Under the pieces are notes generated by a model. It was not told where the DNA came from. It was given only the letters and a program-made list of their open reading frames with translations, and did not search any database. The position numbers and the translations under genes are program-made. A stretch of 53,917 bases of DNA, from contig CALVJP010000068.1 in NCBI GenBank assembly GCA_944332215.1, positions 1-53,917 of the forward strand. Reading direction: 5' to 3'. This DNA comes from an uncultured Bacilli bacterium (GTDB taxonomy: Bacteria; Bacillota_I; Bacilli_A; RF39; UBA660). How positions within the stretch are numbered: the first letter of the stretch is position 1; the number at the start of each line of letters is the position of its first letter. Positions 27,574-37,554 of the stretch are shown here, one piece after another.

Positions 27574-28488
27574 TTATTTCCTTAGATTTTTACTGATCAT
27601 TTCTTCATAATCAGCAAGCTGCTTTATTCGCGAAATAATTCTGCCCGCTTTTACTTCTTCCATACCACTACTAGTTAAAGCCAAATGCTTTTCTAAAGCT
27701 TCTAAATTCAAATTAGACGTAAAAAAGGTTGGTAATTTTTCATCCATGCGGTACTGCAAAAGTGGACATAAAATTTCATCACGAGACCAAGCCGTGGCAT
27801 TTTCAGCGCCTAAATCGTCAATAAGTAATAATGGGACTTTTTTAACCGCATTAAATTTACTAGCAAATTCATTAGTATTAAAAGAAGCTTTTAAATCTCT
27901 TAAATATTCTGGCCAAAAAACAATCGCACTTTTAATTCCTTCTTTAGCTAATTCATTAAACATAGCCGAAATTAAATAAGTTTTCCCACAGCCAAAATTG
28001 CCATATATATATAAACCTTTTTGATGATTATCATTTTTATACTTTTCAATAAAATCAGTCAGCCAAATTATGACTTTATAACGTTTTTTATCCGTTTTAT
28101 ATATTTTAGAAAAACTAGCTTCTAATATTTCTTTAGGCTCATTAAAAACTAAAGTATTTTCATGAAACTTATTTTTCTTATCCAATTTTAATTTATATTT
28201 ACAAGGTCTATAAGAAAATTCTAAATTTCCCTCTTTTACTTTCGGTAAAAAAGCATAACCCCTTATTTTATTTTGACATTCTAAAATATTTTTACAGTCC
28301 TTACAATGACAATACTCTAAAAAACTTTCTTCCAAAGAAGAAGTATATTTTATTAATGTACTTCTTTTTAAGTTTATTTTGCTCACAAACTTCTTAAATT
28401 CTTCATTTTTTAAAGACTCATCAAAATTATTTTCTAAATTAGTTAATAAACTTTTAGGCTTTTGCATTTTATCCATTACTTTTAGCAC
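27574..28488 (-). CDS. dnaI: Primosomal helicase loader DnaI
   Basis: The N-terminal region is Cys-rich (CHCKDCKNILEC). The AAA+ Walker A is GNFGCGKTYL and the Walker B is LLIDDLGAE. The true start may be the ATG at 28476. Confidence 0.8.
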   Translation of the reverse strand: MLKVMDKMQKPKSLLTNLENNFDESLKNEEFKKFVSKINLKRSTLIKYTSSLEESFLEYCHCKDCKNILECQNKIRGYAFLPKVKEGNLEFSYRPCKYKLKLDKKNKFHENTLVFNEPKEILEASFSKIYKTDKKRYKVIIWLTDFIEKYKNDNHQKGLYIYGNFGCGKTYLISAMFNELAKEGIKSAIVFWPEYLRDLKASFNTNEFASKFNAVKKVPLLLIDDLGAENATAWSRDEILCPLLQYRMDEKLPTFFTSNLNLEALEKHLALTSSGMEEVKAGRIISRIKQLADYEEMISKNLRK

Positions 28489-28492
28489 CTTA

Positions 28493-29764
28493 TCACCTAC
28501 CTAACCTAGCTTCTAAAGCTTTAATATCTTCTTCACTGGCCACATCTTCTTCAATGTTTTGATTAAACCATAAAGGTTTTTCTTCTTTTTGTTTAATTGT
28601 TTTTTCTTTTATAATTTTTTTACTTTGATTTTCATTTTTACAAATTTGCATAGCTTCTTCAACGGTTTTAACATTACTGCGTTTCCACTGATCAGCTATT
28701 TTAAGAACAAAATTTTTAGGAAGTTTGTTATTGTTTATTTTTAAAACATAATCAATTAACACATTAATCACACCTGGATTAAATTCATAATCGACAAGTA
28801 AAGTTTCTAAAATATTTAAATCACTTTTATTCGGTTTAACCCCTTTATTGCGTCCCGTTAAAAAATCATAAGGACTAAGTGTTTCAAAAGTGTAAATTAA
28901 TTTACTTTTTTTAGAGGTATCACTAACTTGTTTTCTTAAATATTCTGGCTGTTTTTTATAAACTAAGGTTGGCATACTACCTTTATGTTCAAAAGTATAA
29001 TAATTTTGGCAATTTTTTCTTAATAAGTTTTTATCGACTAAATGTTTTTCATTAATACTACTTCTAATTAATTCAGCCATTTCTTCTTCACTTAAATTAT
29101 AAATAAATGCTAGTTTATATATTAAGGATTTTATTTCTTTAGATATCGCTTTTTTACTTAAAAATTCATCAGGAATACTTGAAAAAATCATATTTAAATC
29201 AATTTTTTGATCAATTAAAATATCTAAACTTTTAACATTACGAATATTTTCTTCTTTGACTTCAGCTAAATCAGTCACGGCAAAAGTATCTTTAAAACTA
29301 GAGGTAATTTCTTCATAACCGGATAAATCAATATGCGGAATAGTAAAGAATTTAATTATTTTTTCATATTCATTTTGACTTATGTTGTTTTTTAAGGTTG
29401 TAAGTAAAATAGGATTAGAAATAAATTCATAAGGAGATAGTGGTGAATAAAGTTCATAAATATAATTATTAATACTACCTTTTTTTAAATATGTTTTTAA
29501 TAAACCAATCGCTTCTAATTTTTCCCTGGCCTCTAATATGGCATCAAGTCTAAGTCCCATATTGCTCATTAAATTATGATGGGTATATTCTGTCCCAATA
29601 ATTTCTAAAGTATCTAAATTACTCCACAAAGTAAAGTATAAATTAACAGCGACACTGCCTATTACTGGCTGATATAGCTTAATTAAAATATTGCGACATT
29701 CATTATTTAAAATCGTAGCATTTTTAACAATATAAGTATCGGCCGGAAGTAAACTTCTATTCAC
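28493..29764 (-). CDS. Replication initiation/membrane attachment protein (DnaB/DnaD-family helicase loader partner)
   Basis: It lies upstream of dnaI, as in Bacillus dnaB-dnaI. The N-terminus NRSLLPADTYIVKN parallels Bacillus DnaB. The start is taken at the GTG 4 nt after GGAGGTGAT, because the ORF-track N-terminal 35 aa lie upstream of the RBS. Confidence 0.65.
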   Translation of the reverse strand: MNRSLLPADTYIVKNATILNNECRNILIKLYQPVIGSVAVNLYFTLWSNLDTLEIIGTEYTHHNLMSNMGLRLDAILEAREKLEAIGLLKTYLKKGSINNYIYELYSPLSPYEFISNPILLTTLKNNISQNEYEKIIKFFTIPHIDLSGYEEITSSFKDTFAVTDLAEVKEENIRNVKSLDILIDQKIDLNMIFSSIPDEFLSKKAISKEIKSLIYKLAFIYNLSEEEMAELIRSSINEKHLVDKNLLRKNCQNYYTFEHKGSMPTLVYKKQPEYLRKQVSDTSKKSKLIYTFETLSPYDFLTGRNKGVKPNKSDLNILETLLVDYEFNPGVINVLIDYVLKINNNKLPKNFVLKIADQWKRSNVKTVEEAMQICKNENQSKKIIKEKTIKQKEEKPLWFNQNIEEDVASEEDIKALEARLGR

Positions 29765-29929
29765 TTTTATCACCTCCATTACTAATAACATTTTAACACA
29801 ATTTATATATAAACAAAAGATATAAAGAAGTTTTATCAAGAAAAAACTGATATAAGTCAATTTAGCCAAATTATCTTTTGGTCCTAATTACAGCATACAA
29901 AAAGTCTGTACAATAGACGTACAGATTTT

Positions 29930-30646
29930 TTAAATTTCTACATTATGATAAACATGCTGAACATCTTCAACTTCATCTAGCATGGTCAATAATTTATTAA
30001 AGGTATCTAAATCTTCACCAGTTAAAGTAACTTTTTCTTTGGCAATATAGGTAATTTCGTCCATATCAAAGTTGACGTTTGGAAGTTTATTAGTAATTGC
30101 TTCTTTGATTTTAAATAAATCACTAGGATCACCATAAATAACGATTTCGTTATTATCAGTTTCAATATCTTCAATATCAAGACCATTTTCAATTAAAGCT
30201 TCTAAGGTTTGCTCTTCATCTAAGCCTTTAAAACTAACAACTGCTAAATGGTCATATAAGTAATTAACACTCCCTTGCGAGCCCATTTTAACGTGACATT
30301 TATTAACAACAGCTCTGATACTACTGACACTTCGATTAACATTATCGGTTAGACAACTAACAATCAAAGTAGAGCCAGCAGGACCAAATAATTCATAATT
30401 AGTTTCAGTATAGGTCTCATCGACCCCACTATTAACTTTATCGATAGCCCGGTTAATAATATCACTTGGCACTTGCTCTTTCTTGGCTTTTTCTACTAAA
30501 CGTTTTAAAGCATGGTTGCTTTCAAATTCAACGCCCCCACTTTTAGCTGCTTGATAAATTTCTTTGGCATACATTGAATATAGTTTTGCTTTGGCAGCTC
30601 CTGTTTTTTGGATACTAGCTTTTCTAACTTCATAAGCTCTCCCCAT
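29930..30646 (-). CDS. YebC/PmpR-family DNA-binding regulator
   Basis: 238 aa. The MGRAYEVRKASIQKTGAAKAKLYS start and overall length fit the YeeN/YebC family. Confidence 0.75.
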   Translation of the reverse strand: MGRAYEVRKASIQKTGAAKAKLYSMYAKEIYQAAKSGGVEFESNHALKRLVEKAKKEQVPSDIINRAIDKVNSGVDETYTETNYELFGPAGSTLIVSCLTDNVNRSVSSIRAVVNKCHVKMGSQGSVNYLYDHLAVVSFKGLDEEQTLEALIENGLDIEDIETDNNEIVIYGDPSDLFKIKEAITNKLPNVNFDMDEITYIAKEKVTLTGEDLDTFNKLLTMLDEVEDVQHVYHNVEI

Positions 30647-30652
30647 TTTTGA

Positions 30653-31315
30653 TCATCCTTTCTGAGCCTTGGCAAGGGCGTCTTTAGCCGCTTCTTGCTC
30701 GGCAGCTTTTTTACTATGGGCCGTTCCTGAGCCATAAACAATATTATCGATCATAACTTCAACCGTAAATTCTTTGTTATGGGCGGGCCCAGTTTCACTG
30801 ACGACTTTATATTCTAAACTGCGCTTATCAGTCTGCACAAATTCTTGAAGGACAGATTTATAATCGGCAAAAAAGTCGACTTCGTGATTTTCAATATAAG
30901 GAATTACATGGGTTAAGAAAAACTTTTGGGCTGTTTCAAACCCTTGGTCAAGATAAATAGCCCCTAAAAATGATTCGAAAATATCGGAAACTACAGCTTT
31001 TCGATACTTTCCTCCACTTTCGGCTTCACCTTTACCCAGTTTTAAATAATTATTAAGACCTAGTTTGGTAGAATATTCATAAAGAGCGGTTTCACAAACA
31101 TAATGAGCTCTTAATTTTGTCATTTCTCCCTCACTTATGTTTTTAGTTTTATATAAATAATCACTCATTAATAATTCTAAAACCGCATCACCTAAATATT
31201 CTAAGCGTTCATAACTTTCAAGGCCGTGTTCATTAGCATATGAAGTATGAGTCATTGCGGTTTCATATAAACTGAAGTTTTTTGGTTTAATATCTAATTT
31301 TTCTAATAGTTCCAT
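30653..31315 (-). CDS. rnc: Ribonuclease III
   Basis: It has the ERLEYLGDAVLEL signature and a C-terminal dsRBD (DYKSVLQEFVQ...HSKKAAEQEAAKDAL). Confidence 0.9.
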   Translation of the reverse strand: MELLEKLDIKPKNFSLYETAMTHTSYANEHGLESYERLEYLGDAVLELLMSDYLYKTKNISEGEMTKLRAHYVCETALYEYSTKLGLNNYLKLGKGEAESGGKYRKAVVSDIFESFLGAIYLDQGFETAQKFFLTHVIPYIENHEVDFFADYKSVLQEFVQTDKRSLEYKVVSETGPAHNKEFTVEVMIDNIVYGSGTAHSKKAAEQEAAKDALAKAQKG

Positions 31316-31410
31316 GTAATCACCTAATACATTATATCACAAAAATATTGTTTTTAGAAGAAATTAAAAACATGCTAGAAATAGTATCTAACATGTTAAT
31401 ATAACCAATT

Positions 31411-32982
31411 TTATAAGCTTCTTCCTTTTATCGTTGGTGGATTTGAATAACTATCATCACCATAAACATCTTCAAAATATTGCAGATCAGCTCTAAACTC
31501 ATTAGGAATATCTTGTTCCATATCTTGCGTGAGCATTTCAGCAGGAATAATATGTAAACTACCAGTTTCGGCGAAATAAGCATCAGCCATGGCTTGCGTT
31601 ATACAATGCCTAGGAACACTTGATAAATCACCGGTTTTTTCAAAATAGCGGTTAGCCATATCGGGTGTGATACAGCGCGATGGCAATGCACTAATGTCAC
31701 CCGTTTTGGCAAAATAAATATCGGCCATTTTTTGAGTAATTAATTTTTTCGGAATATGAATTAGACTTTGTTTTTGATTAAAGTATGTCTGCGCCATTTT
31801 CGGCGTAATACATTGGACCGGTATTGCAGATAAATCACCAGTTTTTTCAAAATATTTATTAGCAATATTTTGAGTAATACAATTTTGCGGAATAGACATG
31901 AAATCACCAGTTTTTTCATAATAACTTTCAGCCATAGCTTGAGTTATATAACCTCTAGGAATGCTGGCTAAATCACTGGTTTTCTCAAAATAAGTATCCG
32001 CCATTTCCTGTGTAACACGCTGGACCGGTATTGCATTTAAATCACCGGTTTTTTCAAAATAAGCATCAGCCATAACTTGGGTAACAAAATCAGCTGGAAG
32101 GCTTTTTAAATCATATGTACTTTGAAAATACATATCGGCAACTTTTTGGGTTAAATGAAAAGCAAGCCCCATCGGTGGATTAGGATTATTTAAAAGATAA
32201 TTAATTAAAAATTCATCGGATAGCATACCTTCAGGAATACTACTAAAGTCCCCCGTTTTATGGGCATAACTTTCGGCCATTTCTCGGGTAATAAATTCAC
32301 GGGGGATCATTGTTAGTTTACCAGTCTTATTAAATAATTGATTATATTTATATTGACCAGGCTGAATATTTAATCTTTGCGAAGCTTCTTCAAAGGGTCT
32401 TGTATCAGCATGATAAGTAAGCATATACTCTTGATAATCTTGTGGCTGATAGCCAGACCTAGTACAAGCATAAGTGACAATGTCAGTTGTTATAAACGAT
32501 TCTGGAATATAAGTAAATAAAGTTTTTTTATCTATATGTTTATCAATGAAAGTTTTAAGTGTATTTGGGGTAATAAAACTCTCAGGTAGTCCCTCTAAAA
32601 AATGAAGAGAATCACTAAAATTCATAGCATAATATTTTATAACTTGGTTAGTCAATAAATCATCGGGAATCCCTTTTAAAGTTTTTTTAGCATCAACATA
32701 TGATTGAACCATGTCAAAATTTTTAAGTTCTTCAGGTAGATTATAAACACTAAAATTATCAGGTAAATTAGCCCACAACTTTTGAGAGCCAAATTGACTG
32801 GCAAAATACTGTATAATCGGACCAGTTAATAAATCAGTGGGAATGCCTTTTAAAGTCCTTTTAATATCAATATAAGCCTTAACCATATCAGTATCTCTAA
32901 AAGATTTGGCTATGGTATTAAAATTGGCATCTCCCGTTATAAGCATTTTTAAAACTATTTCTCTTTTTTTCTTTTCATCCAT
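31411..32982 (-). CDS. Hypothetical cytoplasmic protein built from 23-residue tandem repeats (consensus ITQxMAxxYFEKTGDLxxIPxxx)
   Basis: 523 aa with no signal peptide. Nine contiguous 23-aa units span residues 276-482, with degenerate longer-period copies N-terminally. Confidence 0.7.
   Translation of the reverse strand: MDEKKKREIVLKMLITGDANFNTIAKSFRDTDMVKAYIDIKRTLKGIPTDLLTGPIIQYFASQFGSQKLWANLPDNFSVYNLPEELKNFDMVQSYVDAKKTLKGIPDDLLTNQVIKYYAMNFSDSLHFLEGLPESFITPNTLKTFIDKHIDKKTLFTYIPESFITTDIVTYACTRSGYQPQDYQEYMLTYHADTRPFEEASQRLNIQPGQYKYNQLFNKTGKLTMIPREFITREMAESYAHKTGDFSSIPEGMLSDEFLINYLLNNPNPPMGLAFHLTQKVADMYFQSTYDLKSLPADFVTQVMADAYFEKTGDLNAIPVQRVTQEMADTYFEKTSDLASIPRGYITQAMAESYYEKTGDFMSIPQNCITQNIANKYFEKTGDLSAIPVQCITPKMAQTYFNQKQSLIHIPKKLITQKMADIYFAKTGDISALPSRCITPDMANRYFEKTGDLSSVPRHCITQAMADAYFAETGSLHIIPAEMLTQDMEQDIPNEFRADLQYFEDVYGDDSYSNPPTIKGRSL
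31522..32157 (-). repeat. 69-bp-period coding tandem repeat (at least 9 units)
   Basis: At the protein level, the units VTQVMADAYFEKTGDLNAIPVQR, VTQEMADTYFEKTSDLASIPRGY, ITQAMAESYYEKTGDFMSIPQNC and so on are in perfect 23-aa register. Confidence 0.85.
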
Positions 32983-33035
32983 AAATAGAAAACCTCCAGC
33001 CTCATTATACCTTAAATCAAGTAAATAGGCAAATA

Positions 33036-33088
33036 ATTTATAAAGTTTCGCTTATTTTCCTATGATTTATAAAGTTTCGCTTATTTTC
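33036..33088. repeat. Perfect 24-bp direct repeat (ATTTATAAAGTTTCGCTTATTTTC) x2, separated by 5 bp, in a divergent intergenic region
   Basis: Copies lie at 33036-33059 and 33065-33088. Confidence 0.9.
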
Positions 33089-33188
33089 AATCCCATTTCC
33101 CCTTTTTAATAGTTAATCACTAAAAACTAAAATCCTATGAACATTTACTTTATCAAAAAATTTAGATATAATTTAAAAGGTGATGACA

Positions 33189-34019
33189 ATGTATGGAGCC
33201 ATTATTGGGGATTTGGCCGGATCTCTTTATGAATATTCAGAATTTATAGATGCTAAAAACGGAATTATTAATCTTAAAAGACGTCAAATGGTTAAAGATA
33301 AACCCTTGTTAAATGAAAACTGTTTTTTTAGTGACGACACAATTTTAACAATCGCTGTTTTAGAAAGTATTTTAGCCAAAATCCCTTTCGAAGATAATCT
33401 TAAAAAATATGCTTTACAGTATCAAGATTTAAAACCAGCCACATCAAAATATTTTGCTGGCATGTTTTCCCCCCGCTTTATCAAATGGTGTCATGGTGCC
33501 CTACTTTCCCCAAGTTATGGTAACGGAGCAGCTATGCGGATTAGTCCAGTCGCCTATTTATATAATGATATGAAAACAATTAATAAAATGGTATTACAAG
33601 TAACCAAGCCTTCTCATAATCATAAAGAAGCCTTAAAAGGCGCTCTAGCCTTAGCCGAAGCTATATATTTAGCTCGTTTAAAAACAAAAGCTTCAGATAT
33701 CAAGGTTTATTTAGAAAAGAAATACAAATATGATTTAAATTATGATTTAAGCCAATTACAAGTCAATAATACTTTTGACAGTACAGCAAAAGTCACCGTG
33801 CCACAAAGTTTATTTTTAGCTTTAGAGGCCCATAGTTTTGAAGAAGCTTTAAAAAATGCCTTATCAATCGGGGGAGACAGTGACACAATTGCTTGTATGA
33901 CAGGGGCCTTAGCCGAAGCTTTATTTGAAATTCCTCCGGCTTTATTAAATGAAAGTCAAAAGTTTTTACCCCATGATTTTCAAAAAATCTTAACCCGTGG
34001 TTATAGAATAACAAAATAA
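33189..34019 (+). CDS. ADP-ribosylglycohydrolase family protein
   Basis: GAIIGDLAGSLYE at the N-terminus and GGDSDTIACMTGALAEA near the C-terminus are the two metal-site motifs of the ARH/DraG family. Confidence 0.8.
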   Translation: MYGAIIGDLAGSLYEYSEFIDAKNGIINLKRRQMVKDKPLLNENCFFSDDTILTIAVLESILAKIPFEDNLKKYALQYQDLKPATSKYFAGMFSPRFIKWCHGALLSPSYGNGAAMRISPVAYLYNDMKTINKMVLQVTKPSHNHKEALKGALALAEAIYLARLKTKASDIKVYLEKKYKYDLNYDLSQLQVNNTFDSTAKVTVPQSLFLALEAHSFEEALKNALSIGGDSDTIACMTGALAEALFEIPPALLNESQKFLPHDFQKILTRGYRITK

Positions 34020-34067
34020 TGGTTTTACATTTAAAATCATTTTTAGTATAATATTAATGGTGTCACA

Positions 34068-34292
34068 ATGAAAAAAATATTAATTAGTTTAATTAAAATT
34101 TATCAAGCAATTCCAGGGCCATGGCATAACGCCTGCCGGCATGTACCAACTTGTTCTAATTATGCCATTGAAGCCATTAAAACATATGGAAGCCTTAAAG
34201 GTGGAAAAATGGCTTTAGTGAGAATTATTAAATGTAATCCATGGGGCAGTTCAGGGTATGACCCAGTGGTAAAGGAGGAAAAACATGATTAA
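34068..34292 (+). CDS. yidD: Membrane protein insertion efficiency factor YidD
   Basis: [19 protein letters not shown]...RIIKCNPW is the YidD signature. Confidence 0.85.
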   Translation: MKKILISLIKIYQAIPGPWHNACRHVPTCSNYAIEAIKTYGSLKGGKMALVRIIKCNPWGSSGYDPVVKEEKHD

Positions 34293-35163
34293 AATGAACA
34301 AAATAATAGTTTTTTTAGGAGCACTATCTTTAATAATTTTGCTTACCGGTTGTTCAATTAGACGGGATAATATGGAAGATATTGAGATTTATACCACTAA
34401 TTATCCGATTGAATATATTGTTGATAGATTATATGGGGAACATAGCACAGTCCATAGTATTTATCCTGATGGCGTTAGTGTAGACCAATATAAATTGACA
34501 ACTAAACAAATTAAAGATTATAGCAAAAGTGATTTATTTGTTTTCAATGGTTTAAGTAACGAAAAAGACTATGTTAGTGAAATGCGTGACAACAATAAAA
34601 ATTTAAAAATTATTGATACAACTTTATCAATGGAATACACTAACGGAGTTGAAGAATTATGGTTAGATCCCTCTAATTTTCTAATGATGGCTCAAAATGT
34701 CAAAAAAGGTTTTAAAGAATATATTAATAACTACTATTTAAATAATGATATTAGTAATAATTATGAAGAATTAAAAATCGATGCTTCTAATTTAGATGCC
34801 AAAATTAAACAAACAGTTTCCAATGCTGAAAGTAAAACGATTGTCGTTGCCAGTGACATGTTTAAATACTTGGAAAAATATGGCTTAACCGTCTATTCAC
34901 TGGAGAATAATAGTAACTTAACCAATAAAACAATTACTGAAGTAACCACTTTAATTAATCAGGGTAAAATTTCCTATATATTTACCAAAGAAAATGAAGA
35001 TATTGATAAAGTCGTGCAAGATATAGTCAAACAAACTGGCGTTAAAACGCAAGCTTGGCATACACTAACAAATATTACAGAAACTCAGCGCAATGCCCAT
35101 CAAGACTATTTTGATTTAATGAATGAAAATATTGAAGCTTTAAAAAACGAGTTATATAGTTAG
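34285..35163 (+). CDS. Lipoprotein with a ZnuA/TroA-like (cluster 9) solute-binding fold that appears to lack the usual His metal ligands
   Basis: The lipobox is LLTGC. The fold-typical blocks are [32 protein letters not shown] and [11 protein letters not shown]. The positions normally occupied by DPH and HxW read VDQ and ELW. Confidence 0.5.
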   Translation: MIKMNKIIVFLGALSLIILLTGCSIRRDNMEDIEIYTTNYPIEYIVDRLYGEHSTVHSIYPDGVSVDQYKLTTKQIKDYSKSDLFVFNGLSNEKDYVSEMRDNNKNLKIIDTTLSMEYTNGVEELWLDPSNFLMMAQNVKKGFKEYINNYYLNNDISNNYEELKIDASNLDAKIKQTVSNAESKTIVVASDMFKYLEKYGLTVYSLENNSNLTNKTITEVTTLINQGKISYIFTKENEDIDKVVQDIVKQTGVKTQAWHTLTNITETQRNAHQDYFDLMNENIEALKNELYS

Positions 35164-35278
35164 CTCGTTTTTACTTGCTATCCATCTAAAGCAAAAAGCA
35201 TAATTAACCATAAACGGGTTATACTAAAAATAAACAATTTTTAAAAATATTTTTTACGTCCATTCGGGTGTCCTGCAA

Positions 35279-35298
35279 ATACATTTATTTGAATGTAT
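35279..35298. promoter_or_regulatory. Inverted repeat ATACATT-N6-AATGTAT upstream of the XRE regulator (candidate operator)
   Basis: 7-bp perfect arms lie about 30 nt upstream of the start codon. Confidence 0.35.
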
Positions 35299-35325
35299 GC
35301 GAAAATAAACATGGATGTGATACCA

Positions 35326-35547
35326 ATGAATATTAACCGGTTAAAAGATTTAAGAGAAGATCATGAATACAACCAAAAAGAAGTTGCTAAAATAATTAAA
35401 ACTACCCAGCAGCAATACTCTAAATATGAAACGGGTATAAGATTAATTCCTATCGATAAACTTGATATGCTGGCTGATTTATATAATACATCGATTGATT
35501 ACATCGTTGGCCGAACCAATGTGGTAAAACCTTATCCAAAAAAATGA
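35326..35547 (+). CDS. XRE-family helix-turn-helix transcriptional regulator
   Basis: LKDLREDHEYNQKEVAKIIKTTQQQYSKYETGIRLIPIDKLDMLADLYNTSIDYIVG is a canonical Cro/C1 HTH. Confidence 0.8.
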   Translation: MNINRLKDLREDHEYNQKEVAKIIKTTQQQYSKYETGIRLIPIDKLDMLADLYNTSIDYIVGRTNVVKPYPKK

Positions 35548-35565
35548 ACTAATATAGCTCATTTT

Positions 35566-37554
35566 TTATTTTTCTTTAATGATTCGTTTACTTGAAAAAT
35601 AAGTAACAAGGAAATAGCCCCCATAAATAACAATAATTAAAATAGCTGTCATCATGACCGAATTTAGCATATCTTCTTTACCGAAAGCGGCTAACATGAT
35701 ATTGGCACATTTAATTCCAAAAATTGAGTGAATAATAGCTAGCAGTAATGGCACTAAGAAGAAAATACCAATTTGTTTAAAGAGTGAACGATTGATCATT
35801 TTTTCATCGGTACCGATTTTGCGCAGAACTTGATAACGTTCTTTATTATCTGAACTTTCCGATAACTCTTTTAAAGCTAAAATGGCCGCTGAAGAAATAA
35901 GGAAAATAATTCCAAGATATAAACCGATAAAAGTTACAATGGTGCCTAGTCCACGACTAGAATCATAAATAACGGTTTTACTCATAACTGATAAATTATT
36001 TGGAAATATAGTCTTTTGAAACTGACTTTCAATTTTTTCATAAGCATTTTCATTATTGGCATTATAATCAGCTAACAGTAGGCGCTGAGATAATAAAGAA
36101 TTATCTAAAGCTTGATCAGGAAAAACAAAAATTCCGGTATTTGCATGATTAGTTGACATTTCCACAAAACCATTAATTATTTGATTATATTTAGGCTCAT
36201 AAATTTGCCCATTTAAAGTAATTTCCACCTCATTTGCTAAAGCCATATTATGATATTTAATCATCTCGTCATAATCGGCGACTACTAAATATTCATTATC
36301 TTTTAAAGTATAAGTCTTATGACCATAAGCTTGAGCAACTTTATTATAATCGGATAATTTCATTAAAGGCTCAGGCATTTGATTACGATATTTAAAGTTT
36401 TCAGCATATTCATTAGCAACTTCCTGACCCAACCCTTTTTCCACGGTTACCTCTTCAGAGCGGTAGTAAGCAACTTCAACAATATTTTTTAAATTTTCAG
36501 TTTGCAAACCACTATTTTCTAAATCAGTTAAAACCGAATTACTTTCTTCATTACTATACTGCAAAGCTTGCAAATCCATTGGGGTTAATTCTTCTAAGTC
36601 TTTACGAATACTTTGATTTAAACTCATAGCACTGGAAAAGATCGTAATGGTAAAGAAAAGTAAAATACAGATAACACTCATAGATAAAACGGTGGTATTA
36701 ATTTTACTATTGATCTGTCTTAAAACAAACATATTTAAATTTTTAAAATATAGTTTTTTATTTAATTGCACCAGTTTTAAAATAAAGCCTGACATCGACC
36801 AGAAAAACATAATTGTCCCAATAATTCCTAAAACAATACACGTAAGGAACATTTTCAAATTTAAACTCAGCATATTCTCCGTAACTTGATAGTAAGCATA
36901 GCCTAAAATGATAAGAGAAATGATAAATATAAGAATAGAAATAAACGGATTTTTTACTTTGATTTTTTCGTTTTTACGCCCACCAGTTAGTAAGTCGATA
37001 AGTTTGTACCTAGAGACGACAAAGACATTTAAAATCATCACAATTAAGTACATAATACTAAAATAAATTATGGTTTTAATTAAAGCACTTTGAGAAAAAG
37101 TAAAAGCATACTCTGTCATGTCAGCGTCAAACATTTTAGCCACCACTAAAGACATAAACTGAGAAGCAAAAACGCCAACTAAAAGACCAACCGCTAAAGA
37201 AATAAGACCAATTAAGAAAGTTTATAAAAGTAAAATTTTAGAAATATGGGCTCTTCCCATACCAAGGGTCATATAAATTCCAAATTCTTTTTTACGTTTT
37301 TTAATTAAAAATTTATTAGCATAGATAATTAAAAAACCTAAAACAAATGAAACAAAGACGGAAACGCCTCCTAAGAGATTATTCATTAAATCTAAGATTT
37401 GTTTTTTCGAATCATTCATTTTCATCATGGCTTCTTGGGAATCCATGGCATTAAATACATAGAAAATAGCCACGCCCAAGATTAAGGTTAAGAAATAGAT
37501 CGCATAATCTTTAAAACTTTTTTTAATGTTTTTTAATGATAACTTAGAGAGCAT
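35566..37554 (-). pseudogene. BceB-type (FtsX-domain, 10-TM) ABC permease interrupted by a single in-frame TAA at 37222-37224
   Basis: The ORFs 37222-37554 and 35566-37155 are in the same frame. The 66 nt between them translate without stops (TFLIGLISLAVGLLVGVFASQF). The stop sits where FtsX domains have a conserved Glu (ISKILLL*TFLIG), consistent with GAA to TAA. Confidence 0.7.

Noticed and set aside
30505-30741. Same-strand alternative-frame ORFs that overlap real genes: 30505-30741, 319-513, 33793-34014, 48986-49309, 21313-21555 and 3067-3252.
   Set aside because: They overlap strongly supported CDSs (yebC/rnc, rplT, ARH, gatB) or have no RBS and no recognisable fold. They are most simply chance open frames.
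37222-37224. The in-frame TAA in the BceB-like permease as evidence of stop-codon reassignment or programmed read-through.
   Set aside because: TAA terminates many other conserved genes in the window at the expected positions (for example rplT, the coiled-coil protein gene at 4485-5444, the 16776 and 38398 kinase genes, and gatC). No recoding signal is evident. A simple nonsense mutation (GAA to TAA) or a sequencing error is more parsimonious.
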